DNA from: Balanoglossus misakiensis
Lineage: Eukaryota; Animalia; Hemichordata
NCBI GenBank assembly: GCA_040954595.2
Contig: CM082594.2
Coordinates: 4,325,319 to 4,389,318 of the forward strand
DNA length: 64,000 bases
Direction: 5' to 3'
Under the pieces are notes generated by a model that did no database searches, had not been told where the DNA came from, and saw nothing but the letters and a program-made list of their open reading frames with translations. Both the position numbers and the translations under genes were made by a program. Positions 22,901 to 36,060 of this stretch are shown here, one piece after another; position 1 is the first letter of the stretch, and each line of letters begins with the position of its first letter.

Positions 22901-25900
22901 CGTGGGAAAATATGCAAAGGTATAAAATAAAGCTGAAAACTACACAATTCCATATTCATAAGGAGAAAAATGCAACGAAAGACACACACAGATGCCGAAT
23001 GAAACAAAGTCCTGGTATACTATATACGTGTGCATACTTCTGTCGATGATCGATCGACTAAATATCAAGCCTCAAGGAAATGCAGCAGCAGTGCAGGTCC
23101 TGACTACAAGACATCGTAACGCAAGGTGCCGCGCATGGTTGGAGCAAGACTAATAGAATCTCACACTCCCAAGGACCTGGGATCATATTTCTCACATGAG
23201 TTGGGGATTTTTGTCCCACACGAGCCGCAGGCGAGTGTGGGACAAAATATCCCCGACGAGTGTGAGAAATATGATCCCAGGTCCTTGGTGTGTGAGATTC
23301 TTTTTCTCGCACGACCAGAAATTTGCAATATTAACGTTTATTTACAATAAAAGGACTAAATCTATAAAATACCAACTGATAACTGCATGACCAGTCATAT
23401 ATTGATCTGCCCCGCAAAACATAGTCCCCATTTCATCACGACTTTACAGTACAGGCATGCCATAAAAATGTGCTCAACACATTAAAATATGGAGATTGTT
23501 TCCAGTGGCATAAATTCACGCGATATCTAGAAAATACTGCAGCCGTTGTTTTTAGTCTGTCGCCAACCACGTACACCACTGTCGTCTGCACATGACCTGA
23601 TCACATTGTAGTTCAGGTTTGTGTACAACACATCGCACAATTGGATAATATTTGCTCGTTCTGAGGGGTATGAATATCATTATCCAATCAGAGCTCGTGT
23701 CAGATAACAGTTGTCTGTGTGCGCATTAACACAGAGTGTGGGATCAATTTGATCCCACACTCTCTATCCCACACTCCCAGCGGCCAGGAGTGTGAGAATA
23801 TATTTTCACGGGAGTTTTCAGCGTGGTCATGGTCTACAATGTACATTTGCGACGAGCTCTGTGTAACCATCGGGTCTCAGAAACACATGTACTTGTTTTG
23901 ATTTCTGGATTTCCCAGGAAATAGGCAATAAGCGTTTGTTCCTTTCAGCATTTGAGACAAGAATTTCAGATATTTTTAAGCAACAATGGAAGTCCCACTG
24001 TTCGTCCAAAACCAAACTCCGTACATACACACTTTTTAAATCATTGTTACAGCCTGAAAAGCATCTCAATGTCAACTGTACACGAAATGTCAAACAAATT
24101 TTTGCATGTTTTCGCTGTTCTGCCCTTCCTCTTGCAATAGAGGAGGGAAGACACCAGAACGTGGACGTCTCAGAGAGACACTGTAGGCTATGCTCTGGTG
24201 AACAAATAGAAGACGAGTATCACTTTTTACTTGTTTGCCCCGTATATGATAATCTTAGAAAACAATATATTGGTGACATTAAGAATCCTCACTTCCAAAT
24301 GTTCATGAGTGCATCAGAATCCTCCAAGATTATTTCGCTATGTAATTATGTTTACAATGCTTTTAAACTTAGAGAAACTGTGTTAAAAACCACGAATCCA
24401 TACAATAAGCTGTTAAGTTCCTCAATTTGTATCATGAGTATGTAATTCCACACATTTGCTGTTTGATGTTGTCACTTGTGCTATTTGAGTACATGTATTA
24501 TTTAATTCATTTTTGTACAATCTTCTGATTACCTTTATACCCCCTTGGTTATGGGCTGGAGGCCTTGGAAAGCAATAAACGTGCACTGTTGTGCACCTGA
24601 ACCTGACGAGCTCTGTGTAACCATCGGGTCTCAGAAACACATGTACTTGTTTTGATTTTTTGGAATGAATATTCAATAGTTCAAGGGTCATATTTGAATT
24701 TCATGCTCCGCCCTGCCTATACACGTCATCACAGTGGAATGCAGCGGTAGTTGCATGTATGATAAATGTATTATAAGGAGGATACTAGTATTCTCATGGG
24801 ATATCAATCTAATAAAAATCAGATATTGGTGATCGTTTTGGCTGTTCTCGGTGTACGCACCACTCCCCCTTCCGAACACTGGGGCAGAACAGCCAACAAT
24901 CAGCAAAGGTAAAGACGGCGCCCAACTCTACATCTGATTCAATCAGATTGATGAGACATAGGGCAATCAAACAACCCATCGGCACAAAAGTTACAATTTC
25001 TGTTCATTTCTGCACCTATTCCAGTTTCATAAAATGAGCGGAAAATTACACGTACGTCATATCTAAAGGAATTTCTTTCAATGTCAATAGATCATTTTTC
25101 TCGTTCTATCTATAGGATTTACGTTTGCTGCGACGGACATACGAACGATCTCGAAGCTAACTTGACTGCATTTTGCCAAGGTAAATGTTCAACCTTACTT
25201 TGAAAGCGTTTAACACGATAACAAATGCATGCAACCTTCTACCTAAATCCCAATAGGTGTAATAGGAAATTATTGCCAAGAATTACCTGTGACGTGTATT
25301 GTTTTACTTATAGATGGGACTATTCAGTTGAAATGTGTCTTTGTTATTAAAACAAGGAAACTAAAACAACACAGATCGGTTATCGAAGTGCGGAAATAGT
25401 CTATTTTGGGTTTTATTAGTACGAATTGCCTACCTTTTCAATTGTTGGTCTGATCTAATTTATGATACGAAAACTCTCATTCAAGACAGTTTTCGTGTGT
25501 TTACTCTTGGTGATGAATGCCGAAGTTTTATGCAAGAAAATTTGAGATTGTTGAGATCAACTGTTTTATTCTGACTTGAGATTTGTGTTTTTTTCATACT
25601 TTTACAGAATGTCCAGGAGGAAGCTACGGCCGCAATTGCGAACGAAAGTGTGACTGTGAAAACGGCGGGAAATGCCACCACAGAAATGGTTGTCAATGTC
25701 CGATAGGGTACTACGGGGAAAAGTGTCAATTCTCCTGTAATTGTAAAAACGGCGCCAATTGTGATGCGCGCAATGGTTTTTGCGCATGCCCGAATGGTTT
25801 CTATGGTATTACATGCGAGAAAATGTGTGATTGTCACGGGGGTGAATGTGATGGTGAGGGGATTTGCAAGTGTCATGAGGGTTTCTATGGTGATCCGTGT

Positions 25901-27765
25901 CAGCCATGCGAGTGTCCGGAAAATGCCGTTTGTGATCAGAGGGATGGGAGATGCTCTTGTTCATCCGGGTACTATGGTCAAAGTTGTGAAATGCGGTGTC
26001 CGTGTTACAATGGTGGGTCTTGTTCGGATTCTGATCCCGTAAAGTGTGTGTGTTCACTTGGTTGGTATGGTCCTTCGTGCACACATTGCATCACGTTTGC
26101 CGAAGACGACGACGGCCGCCCATTTTGCGAGGATAAATGCTTGATGTGTTACAACGGAGACAGCTGTAGACCTTCTGACGGGAATTGTAGGTGCACTCCG
26201 GGTTGGCATGGCAACTGGTGTGACGAGAAATGCGATGAAGGGTACTTTGGTCAGAACTGTTCCGAGATATGCCTTTGCTTAAACGGGGGCAGCTGTGATC
26301 ACGTGACAGGCGTCTGCAAATGTGCACCCGGCTTCCTCGGTGTATATTGCGATCGGCCATGTCTCGAAAATTGTCTAGATTGCAGGACGAAAGGCTGTGC
26401 GTCGTGTGCACGTGGTTGGACCGGAGAATATTGCGATAAACCATGCCAACCTGGCTACTATGGTGACGGCTGCAGACAAAAGTGCAACTGTACCTGTTCG
26501 GACTCGTGTGAACATGTTGATGGAATTTGTGCGAGTGGCGTCAGGTAGGATTCGTTTAGTTAAAATCTAACTATATCATCAACATAAAATATATTACACT
26601 CTTTCCCAGAAGGTACTATTCTACGTCTTCTAACTTGAAGTAAACACAATTGTGACCATAATCGATTTCAAATTTATTTCAGATGCGGGGAAGGTTCGTG
26701 CATGTGCAAAAACGGAGGGCATTGCATTGAAACTATTCGTTGCGAATGCAAGCCTGGCTGGGGTGGACCCTACTGTGACGTACATGTATTAGCTACAACG
26801 TTGGCTGATGGAGGTAAGCTCAGCCCTTTTAATGCATTGTATTGTGGTACGCATGTTAATGATGGTCATCGAAATGGTTGAATAAATGTCAAGATTAAAA
26901 CCTGTCAATTTTCGAAATTCGTTGTTTTAAAAACGGTCATATTCTTCGACTTAAATAATATCCTGCCTCCGGACTCCGGTCCCTCTGATTGTGTTAAAGA
27001 ATTCGTAGAGTAATTACATTTAATTTCCAAACCATTATTAATATTGTTTTACCGAAACAGGTCTAGTATCTGACGTCTCCATTCAACGCAGTGCCAGATC
27101 TTCATGGCTTAACAAAGAAGCATTCATCGCCATTAGTGTAGCATTCTCGTGTGTATTACTCGGCGTTGTAATTGCTATTCCGCTTATTGTAATTCGGCGA
27201 AGAAACACACGTAGAAGGTATTAGTTTTAACAGTTATACCACAGGCTGGCAGTAAAGATATCTATACTACCAAAATGCAATATTCTCATACATTTAACAA
27301 CTCGTGAATACTTGACAAACCAATAATGATTATTGATGAAGTCAAACATTTGATAACTGTACATGCATGCCTCTGTATGAAAGCCCGTTTGGAATATTTC
27401 GTAGAGAAAAGATATTATTGTATTTATTTCATTTCAAAACAACAGGGCAGTGGATACGTGTATCCGTATTTCTTTATGATAAGATTGACCATTCTCAACA
27501 GCCTCAAACGATTTCAACAATATCACGGTTGTTGTTGTTTTTTGACAGAGATGGACATGAAAGCGTTACCATGCAAGAAATCAGAAGTTTAGATCCAGAG
27601 AACGTGAGCACCACTGGTACACCCAGTCAACATAATATTTCCAGTAATGCAAGGGATAAACCGAAATCTGTTGAACCTATTTATGTTAATACGCACGTCG
27701 TGCGGACTTGTGATGCGGTCAAAAACAGGGACGGTAATCCTGCAGAACAAAAGGCTTTCCTTTAA
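19975..27765 (+). CDS. SCARF/MEGF10-like EGF-repeat type I membrane receptor, copy 1 (about 546 aa)
   Basis: Exons 19975-20108, 25116-25180, 25608-26544, 26683-26813, 27061-27217, 27549-27765 (1641 nt in frame). Signal peptide MAKYIALLFLLTICF; short DPNxC...CCDG module as at the SCARF/MEGF10 N-terminus; 12 CxxGxxGxxC EGF-type motifs; TM AFIAISVAFSCVLLGVVIAIPLIVI followed by RRR; tail with EPIYVN. Confidence 0.88.
20486..20815. repeat. 20-bp minisatellite (ATGCTATGCTAATTCCTGCG) with a 97-bp higher-order repeat
   Basis: Units directly visible; the variant AACTGAATCTGATC recurs at 20579 and 20676. Confidence 0.9.
21869..22142. repeat. 50/51-bp tandem array with palindromic core GTGTAGGTTT-G-AAACCTACAC (6 cores)
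   Basis: AGGTTTGAAA at 21871, 21921, 21971, 22022, 22072 and 22123; intervening sequences are near-identical. Confidence 0.95.
23152..23802 (+). mobile_element. GA-mismatch hairpin element A (putative non-autonomous Crypton-like)
   Basis: Hairpin 23155-23301 centred on CAC-GA-GCC-GCA-GGC-GA-GTG; distal inverted repeat GGAGTGTGAGAATA at 23787-23800. Confidence 0.7.
23905..24604 (+). mobile_element. 5'-truncated non-LTR retrotransposon (RTE-X/L2-like C-terminus) with 54-bp TSD
   Basis: ORF 23936-24445 has KLRTYTLFK, LAIEEGRH and CRLC...EDEYHFLLVCPVY (CCHC). AATAAA and an (ACCTGA)2 tail follow. Direct repeats at 23851-23904 and 24605-24658. Confidence 0.88.
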
Positions 27766-27977
27766 AATCGTTCCCAGGATAATTGTACAGACAGAACCAG
27801 AATCACGTAGCATTATTGCAAGATACATTTACGCAGATACATTTAAGAAGAAAAATGCATTAAAATGAACCTTATAACATGGGATGACTAATATTGTAAA
27901 CTGTCTATCTAGCGATAGTTCGAATTATCGTCGATTAAAATCGTCTCCGTCGATACACCCCCTTTCTTGAATACCAG

Positions 27978-28300
27978 TAGACTTGCTCCAAGTCTAAGGG
28001 CTTCATTATTTTATAATAAATACATTTAAAAAACTTGTTACGAATTTCTCTATGTACCGTGTGTCGAGTAAACGTCAGCGTGTATGGGCGCGTATGTATG
28101 TGTAGGGATTGCTTGGTCGACGCTACCCGAAACCACAAGCTCATCAGTCGCAAATTCGAAATTCGCCTCACTACCAAAAGCACGCTAAAGGCAAGCATGC
28201 ACGCAAAAAGTATTGAAATTATTTATTAAGACAAAAAACCACCGAAAACACAAAAAGTATTGAGATTTAAAAATCTCCAAGCGACTAGTGGGCTAGTCTA
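27978..28300. mobile_element. TAGACT...AGTCTA element with perfect 9-bp TSD GAATACCAG (AcademH-like)
   Basis: TSD at 27969-27977 and 28301-28309; the 3' half is near-identical to 61612-61815. Confidence 0.85.
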
Positions 28301-29861
28301 GAATACCAGCAATGATGCACACAACTCTTAGAGAACTCACGCGAGAATCTCCGTGTATCGCGAGAGAAAGGAAACCATGATAATGAAGCACATGACTAAA
28401 GATTGGGGGGGGGGGGGAGATAAGCACGGAAACACTGGGACTATTGGCAAGTGGCCAGGTAGGCACCATGTTAGACTTGCTCCAATCTTTGGGCTTAATT
28501 ATCTCATAATAAATTAAATAAATTTCAGAAAATTGTGTTTCCTGTCTCTACAGCGTGTGTGGAGTGAACGCATACCGTGTGTGAACGCGTAGTAAGCCAT
28601 GAATCGCATAATGGACACCGAAACCAGAAGCTTAGCCCCGAATTCGAAACTCAGCCCAGTACCAAAACTCGCTCTTATAAAGACAAACAATCACCACGCG
28701 ACGAGTGAGTTAATAGTCTAGCACTATGTTAAAGACAAGTTTATTACATCTTCTTGGTATTTTCAATAAAATACACAAAACCGGGAACGAGCACGCTGTG
28801 TCATTTATGAAATGTTTCGAATACAGTCTCAGTTCCGCTATTTCCATAAATGTATCTCAAAACTAGTTATATATGGTTCTTTTGTGTTTCATAAAACCAG
28901 TTGCGTTTCCGTAAATAGCGAAAACACTTGGACTATGGACACATTGAAGATCACAGCCAGAAATACAAACGAGATTCGGGATTCGACATGATTGGTTGTG
29001 CTTCACGCTTACTCTGCGCCCACGCATACAATAAATTAATACTATGTAGGAGTTGGAAGTGTTCCAAAGAAGTCGGTTTCAAAACAAAGAAAACAGGTTT
29101 TACTAGTGTTTGAGATCAACATGTGACACTAACTGAAACAGCTGTGCTGAAGGCTTTCCCTCCAAACTCAATAAATACCATAAATTCTATGGATGATATT
29201 TTGCATTTAGCTTTATGGTACTTTCGGGTCGCGTTTTACAATCACTTAGCCGGCCAAGGGACAAGCTTACTGTTTAGCCTTGCGTCGCGTCCGTGCTTCG
29301 ACATGGTAGCGACACGAAATGATAACGAATGTCCACTTCCTTTTCACATTTGCTAATTAAATATATCTAGGGTGTGATAATAATGATAAATAGTCACATT
29401 TAACAGTCTGAGATGTTATCTTAATGATTTGGTTAATTTTTATACGATAATTGTAAATCGTTAACGTTCCAAAATTCTGTACCATCAGTGAACATGTGCG
29501 CGTGACAACCTGATTATAATAACGACCTTTGACATGTTTGAGTCATCGCATCATGATGCTATAAATATAATGACGTCAACCAAATGCAATCTTGGCGCTT
29601 ATCTTTAACGTCTTGGAAATACCCTTCTATTCTTCAAAGTTTGACAGTTTTTTTTTGTAAATTTGCCCCACCCCACAGGCATGCACCCACCTACTTGGAA
29701 ATTGGTTAAATTAAAACAGGTGGTAAGAAGTCTTAGGGCACATTTTGCTTATTAGGGTGTGGACCTGTCGTATCGTCTCTTATCGTGCGCTTTCTGCAGT
29801 ATCCATGAAAAGAGGCTCCGATTGCTACTAGTATTACAAAGTGAGTCATTGTATACAAAGT

Positions 29862-32800
29862 ATGACTAAGTATATCGCCCTCTTGTTACTCCTCATCATA
29901 TATTGTATATCATATTGTATATGCAACGTCTTTTCAAGACAAACGGATCCAAATGATCCCAACGCTTGCAGGGGATCCCAAACAACGGATGGAACCTGGT
30001 AAGTACAGTACCAGTTATTAGGTTCACTAACAAGAGCTGTTGTCGCGCTTATTTTTGTTGGTGTGAGATTTTATTTTGGTAGGGATTTGACTTGTTTCCT
30101 TACAAAAGTGCGACTGATTTTGCAGATTTTATTCGATTCTTTTCATACTACTTTTTATTAAACAACCCTAACTTATTATCAACATAATCCATATGTAAAT
30201 ACATTTGCTCCACTGTTTTTCACAATTTATGCCAGTGGCCATTCAGAAACTAACGGGAAAACTAGTATATGTACTTTGAATGGACCATTTTCCGAAATTC
30301 ACTTCACCCTGCGAGATCTCGCGTGGCTATGCGGGTTATATTGACCACCTATTGCCTGGCCATGCGACCGTTTATTACACCCGAGGGGCTGTGAGTTACC
30401 AGAATCATATGCTATTTCCCGAGGCCGCAGGCCGAGGGAAATAGCATATGATTCTGGTAACTCACAGCCACGAGGGGGTAAAAACGGCTGCTATGGCCCG
30501 AATATAGGCCAGGCTATAGGTGTTTTATAATAAACCTCATGCTAACAGCTGGGAAAATCTTGCAATTTTCTCTTGAGGCTGGCAGACGACATCTTCAGCG
30601 TTGGCCATTGTGTCAGACGACGCGACGCTGATTGACGTGACCACGTTGGTCACGTGATCGGTTTATATTTTTTCTGCTATTTCCCTAGCGGTTCATAGTC
30701 GATTCTATTTTCCTATCACGTGACGGATTCTGGCGAATCACGGCACAGTATTAGCATGAGGTATATTATAAAGGAGGATAGTCTTCGATATCAAATGACG
30801 TCAGACGCGCTCATGTGGCAGTTACGTTGGCATTCAAATTTCCAGATGACGGGCAAATTCAGCAACGTGGACTTACGTGGTGCAGACAAAGACTGTGCAG
30901 ACGAAATGAAATGAGGCTGATGAGGCACCATACCCGATACATGTTACGTGTCTAGCGGTTTTAAAAACATACTCGAAAAAACTTTTCTGAATGCCGAAAT
31001 ATTGCTTGCCCGTCATCTGGAAATGACAACGCTGTGGGTCACATGGCCAAATCACGTGATTGATAGTAAGGAATTCTCATGGGACATCAATCTTTTGGCT
31101 GTTCTGTTCTCTGTCTTGGCTGTTCTCAGTGTACGCCCCCCCCTTCTGAACAGAACAGTCAAAAATCAGCAAAGGTAAAGACGGCGCCCAACTCTACATC
31201 TGATTTCAATTAGATTGATGGGACATATGACAATCAAACAACCCATCGACACAAAAGTTACAATTTCTGTTCAATTCTGCACCTATATTCTAGTTTCATA
31301 AAATGAGCGGAAAATTACACGTACGTCATATCTAAAGGAATTTCTTGCAATGCCTATATACGCATTTTTCTCGTTCTATCTATAGGATTTACGTTTGCTG
31401 CGACGGACATACGAAAGATCCCCAAGTTAAATTGACTGCATTTTGCCAAGGTAAATATTCAACCTTAATTTGAAAGCGTTGAACACGATAACAAGTGCAT
31501 GCAACCTTCTACCTAAATCCCAAAGAACGTTTTGATGTTAGATGATATTGTTGCCAAGAATTACCTGTGACGTGTGTTGATTTTCTAAGCGATGGGACTA
31601 TTGTGTTGAAATGTGTCTTTGTTATTAAAACAAGAAAACTAAAACAACACTGATCGGTTATCGAAGTGCGGAAATAGTCTATTGTGGCGAATTACCCTAC
31701 CTTTTCAATTGTGGGTCTGATCTGATTTATGATACGAAACCTCTCTTTCAAGACATTTTTCAAGGTTTTTACTCTTGGTGATGAATGCCGAAGTGTTATG
31801 CTAAAAAGTTTCTGATTGTTGAGATCAACTGTCTTATTCTGACCTGAGATGACTTTTTTCCCACTTTTACAGAATGTCCCGAAGGAAGCTACGGCCACAA
31901 TTGCGAACGAAAGTGTGACTGTGAAAATGGCGGTGAATGCCACCACAGAAATGGTTGTCAATGTCCGATTGGGTACTACGGGGAAAACTGTCAATTCTCC
32001 TGTAATTGTGAAAACGGCGCCAATTGTGATGCGCGCAATGGTTTTTGCGCATGCCCGAATGGTGTTTATGGTAAAACATGCGAGAAAGTGTGTGATTGTC
32101 ACGGGGGTGAATGTGACGGTGAGTCGGGGATTTGCATGTGTCCTAAAGGTTTCTATGGTGATCAGTGTCAGCCATGCGAGTGTCCGGAAAATGCCGTTTG
32201 TGATCAGAAGGATGGGCGATGCTCTTGTACATCCGGGTACTATGGTCAAAGTTGTGAAATGCGGTGTCCGTGTTACAATGGTGGGTCGTGTTCTGACGCC
32301 GACCCCTCAAAGTGCGCGTGCCCCTTCGGTTGGTACGGTCCTTCGTGCACACAGTGCCTCACCTTTGCCGAAGACGACGACGGCCGCCCGTTTTGCGAGG
32401 ATAAATGCTTGATGTGTTACAACGGAGACAGCTGTAGACCTTCTGACGGGAACTGTTGGTGCACACCGGGTTGGCATGGCAACTGGTGTGACGAGAAGTG
32501 CGATGAAGGGCATTTTGGTCAGAACTGTTCCGAGATATGCCTTTGCTTAAACGGGGGCAGCTGTGATCACGTGACAGGCGTCTGCAAATGTGCTACTGGC
32601 TTCTTCCGTGAATATTGCGATCGGTCATGTCCCGAAAATTGTCTAGATTGCAGGATGGAAGGCTGTGTGTCGTGTGCACCTGGTTGGACCGGAGAATATT
32701 GCGATAAACCATGCCGACCCGGTTACTATGGTGATGGCTGCAGACAAAAGTGCAACTGTACCTGTTCTGACTCGTGTGAACATGTTGATGGAAGTTGTCT

Positions 32801-33960
32801 GAGTGGAGTCAGGTAAGATTTATTTTTGTCAAAATCTAACGTTATCATCAACATCAAATATTACACTCTTTCCCAGAAGGTACTATTCTACGTCTTCTAA
32901 CTTGAGGTAAACGCAATTGTGACCATAATCGATTTCAAATTTATTTCAGATGCGGGGAAGGTTCGTGCATGTGCAAAAACGGAGGGACTTGCATTGAAAC
33001 TATTCGTTGCGAATGCAAGCCTGGCTGGGGTGGACCGTACTGTGACGTATTAGCTTCAACGTTGGCCGCAGGAGGTAAGCTCAGCCCTTAGCTCAGTCTT
33101 AACATTTTCATTGTATCGTTTCTTACCCCAAGAACTGCGCGTGTACTGAATCGCTTATCTTGGTGATCCAAATATTTGTATAAATTTCAATATTTCAAAG
33201 TTTTCGCTGAACATTTCTTTTCAAAAACGTCCTGACCGTCAACTTCAGTAATATCCTGCTGTCAATCCATTAGATTTTTAAATGGAATCCTGGAGTATTC
33301 ACATTTAATTACTATACAATTATTAATATCGTTTCACAGAGACTGTTCTAGTGTCTGGCGTCTCCACTCAACGCAGTAACCGTGACAGTTCTTCTCGGAA
33401 TGGCAACGAAGCATCCTCATCCACCATTAGTGCGAAAGTCATAGCACTTGTTGCGCTGGTTTTAATTGCCACTTTTCTTACGCGTTTTCTAATTTTCGCT
33501 CTCAGGCGAAGAAACTCATTCCGGGGGTAAGTAAGGCTCAGACAGTTAAGTTATCTCAACTGCCAAAACGCACTATTCTCATGTACCAGTAGTGATAATA
33601 GAGGAAAGCAATCGTTTATATTGTATATACTACATGAGGCCTTTGGAGTCATTTCGTATAAGTCAGTATGAAACAACAGGAGGAGAGGTGTCTGAGTCTC
33701 ACAGAAGACCATTTTCCTTGTAGTGAGAATGAACATTCTTTCAGTCTCCAATAGTATCAACAACTATGACTGTTGTTTTTGACAGAGATGGTCTTGAAAG
33801 AGGCACCGTGGAAGAAAACAGACGTTCAGATCATCACCAGACCGTGTGCACCACTGGTATACCCGGTCAACGAATATTTCGCGCGATGCAAGCGATAAGC
33901 CGATATCTGCTGAACCTATTTATGCGACTGTTAATGATGGCCATAGAAATGGTTGTATAA
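29862..33960 (+). CDS. SCARF/MEGF10-like EGF-repeat receptor, copy 2 (about 542 aa); tail frameshifted and rearranged, possibly a pseudogene
   Basis: Exons 29862-29998, 31386-31450, 31873-32812, 32950-33074, 33340-33526, 33786-33960 (1629 nt in frame). Ectodomain intact. TM region KVIALVALVLIATFLTRFLIFAL. A one-base deletion near 33872 relative to copy 3 puts EPIYATV out of frame. Confidence 0.75.
30336..30771 (+). mobile_element. GA-mismatch hairpin element B
   Basis: Hairpin centred on CCC-GA-GGCC-GCA-GGCC-GA-GGG (30418-30438); second IR pair TTATAATAAACCTCATGCTAA / TTAGCATGAGGTATATTATAA; reverse-oriented copy at 43492-43930. Confidence 0.8.
30780..31071. mobile_element. Degenerate palindromic insertion specific to copy-2 intron 1
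   Basis: Inverted TTTCCAGATGACGGGCAA / TTGCCCGTCATCTGGAAA; absent between GGAGGATA and TTCTCAT in copies 1 and 3. Confidence 0.6.
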
Positions 33961-34100
33961 ATGTCAAGATTAAAACCTGGCTTCATGGCTTAACAAAGAA
34001 GCATTCATCGCCATTTGTGTAGCATTCTCGTGTGTATTACTCGGCGTTGTAATTGCTATTCCGTTTATTGTAATTCGGCGAAGAAACACACGTAGAAGGT
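33929..34100 (+). pseudogene. Remnant of a fourth (copy-1-type) EGF receptor gene: intron-4 fragment plus a TM exon lacking its acceptor
   Basis: 33929-33979 matches copy-1 intron sequence 26854-26904. 33981-34098 matches copy-1 TM exon 27100-27217 and keeps its donor GT at 34099. Confidence 0.85.
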
Positions 34101-34107
34101 ATTAGTT

Positions 34108-34853
34108 TTAATCTTTACGGCCCTGATACGGGTTTTGCGGCCCGAGGTCGTACGGCGGAAGCGCCCGACCGCAGGGAGGGCGCGAATCGCCGTACGACCG
34201 AGGGCCGCAAAACCCGTATCAGGGCCGTAAAGGTTTTATCATATGCCTTATTGAACGATAATCTACAAGAAACTAATAAAATACACATTCTGTAATATTT
34301 TGGAATGTAAATATTACGTGTTTATCTATCGTTTTGAAATGATCTATCCCGTAGCATAGAGGCGCATTCCTCCAGTTCTTGCGGATTGATATGCACGATG
34401 TCATTTGTTAACATTCTATTGCACGCGAGATATAGACGCGCTCGAACTCACACAGCCGAGCGCGAGCAAAACATTATTTTTTCTTCGCGACGATCGACGC
34501 CGACAGTCACACATTAATCAGATCAAATCATCAATTTTACTATTCATATTTCCAAATAAAGCTCTACAACATGCAGCGATTACGGGAGATGATGGGATTC
34601 GGTAGCGGCATAGGACATACACACACTGCAAGTGCACTAGTCACTGACACCGCACCAGAAAAATTTAATTCAGAACGTAGCAACAACAACTTTCGAATCT
34701 CGCGCAATAAACACAAAACTAGATCCGGATATTGAACGCGTCTTCCAAATATGGTCACCGGGCCGGGGCGTGATAAGCAAAAAAACTGCATGGATGTGAG
34801 GGCGCTTTTCCCCATAGACTTTACATGGGCACGTGAATATAGGCATATGATAA
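34108..34853 (+). mobile_element. GA-mismatch hairpin element C
   Basis: Hairpin 34113-34232 centred on CCC-GA-CC-GCA-GG-GA-GGG; second IR pair TTATCATATGCCT / AGGCATATGATAA. Confidence 0.75.
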
Positions 34854-35151
34854 TAGCGAAGAAACCAACCTTCACACGTCTGGTTTTTGCTTTCATATCC
34901 GAGGTCACAGACGTAGCTGAAATGTAGCTGAAAGGAGTTGTGTGGTTTATCAATCACAATTTCTTTAATTTCTAAAAAGTATTCTTGCACCGGTGATCTT
35001 TTGCACCAGATATTGCTAGACTGTACATGCAATAATCCATGGATACCTTTCCACTGAATTCGAGTCCAGAGTGAAATTTGATATTCAGCGATGCTGACTT
35101 CACACACACATGTGAGTTGTGTCGACAACTTGTCGACATGGCATGCCATAA

Positions 35152-35538
35152 TAGTCTGGTCCCCTGCCCCAATCCCACCGCTGGCTGCGCTACGCTAAAG
35201 GGAAAGGGGTCAGGTACGGCCCGATTTCATGCCCAGAAACCTGGGAAGACCACGTGATCATAAACAAGATGGATGCCTCCAATTTCCGTACGCCAGTCAA
35301 GATTCATCCAGGCAGTTTATTTTGTTTCGTTTGTTGTAAAGTTGAAAATAGAATGATAAACATTCATGGAGGTGAAGGAGAGAACGGGGAACGAGTATCT
35401 TACAACAACTTGTCAATTTAACAACTTAATGTTCGTATGTATTGACCAATGAGAGCCATGTTTACAATAGGCCGTGCCTGACCCTTTCCCTTTAGCGTAG
35501 CGCAGCCAGCGGTGGGATTGGGGCAGGGGACCAGACTA
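35152..35538. mobile_element. MITE with about 68-bp TIRs TAGTCTGGTCCCCTG...CAGGGGACCAGACTA (Academ-like TAG/CTA ends)
   Basis: Near-perfect inverted arms; no clear TSD. Confidence 0.8.
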
Positions 35539-35851
35539 CACTCGAAAGGGTTGGGCAAAGAAACTTTGCAAAGTGGGATGTTTTGTAATCCAAGTCGTAT
35601 TACGTAATCCATACATGGATAAACAATGCGCACGTGCCCTTGCAGAAAGAAAAACGTCCTTGTGAACTAATTTAATGATTTATTTGTTTTTTTGCTCTGT
35701 AATTTGCGACTAGTTTCTAAGTTGTTTAACATGAGTGTGGTCAACGCTGCTGAAACTTGTGTCCTTCCGCCTGTGGGCGCATGTTGCATTGTTGGTCGCC
35801 ATAAATCTCTGTTGCATCGCATCATGTATTGGAACTGATACTAACAGTAAC

Positions 35852-36060
35852 TTAGGGACCGTTCATTTTTAACGGCATGGGGGGGGGGGGGGGCGGCGGC
35901 AAAATCCAAAGGGGGGGGGGGTCACTTGAATTTTGAAATCCAAAAGGGGGTCACATACTTTTGCCCCCCCCCCCCCAACTTTTTCGAGCCCTTTATTTTA
36001 CAAAATTTTCAAATGTGGGAGGGGGACATCCTTTTTTGGTCCTGGGTGACGGGGGTCTGC
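35852..36060. mobile_element. Left-end fragment of a PIF/Harbinger-like MITE
   Basis: TTAGGGACCGTTCA followed by G-tracts, as at 58961. Confidence 0.6.
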
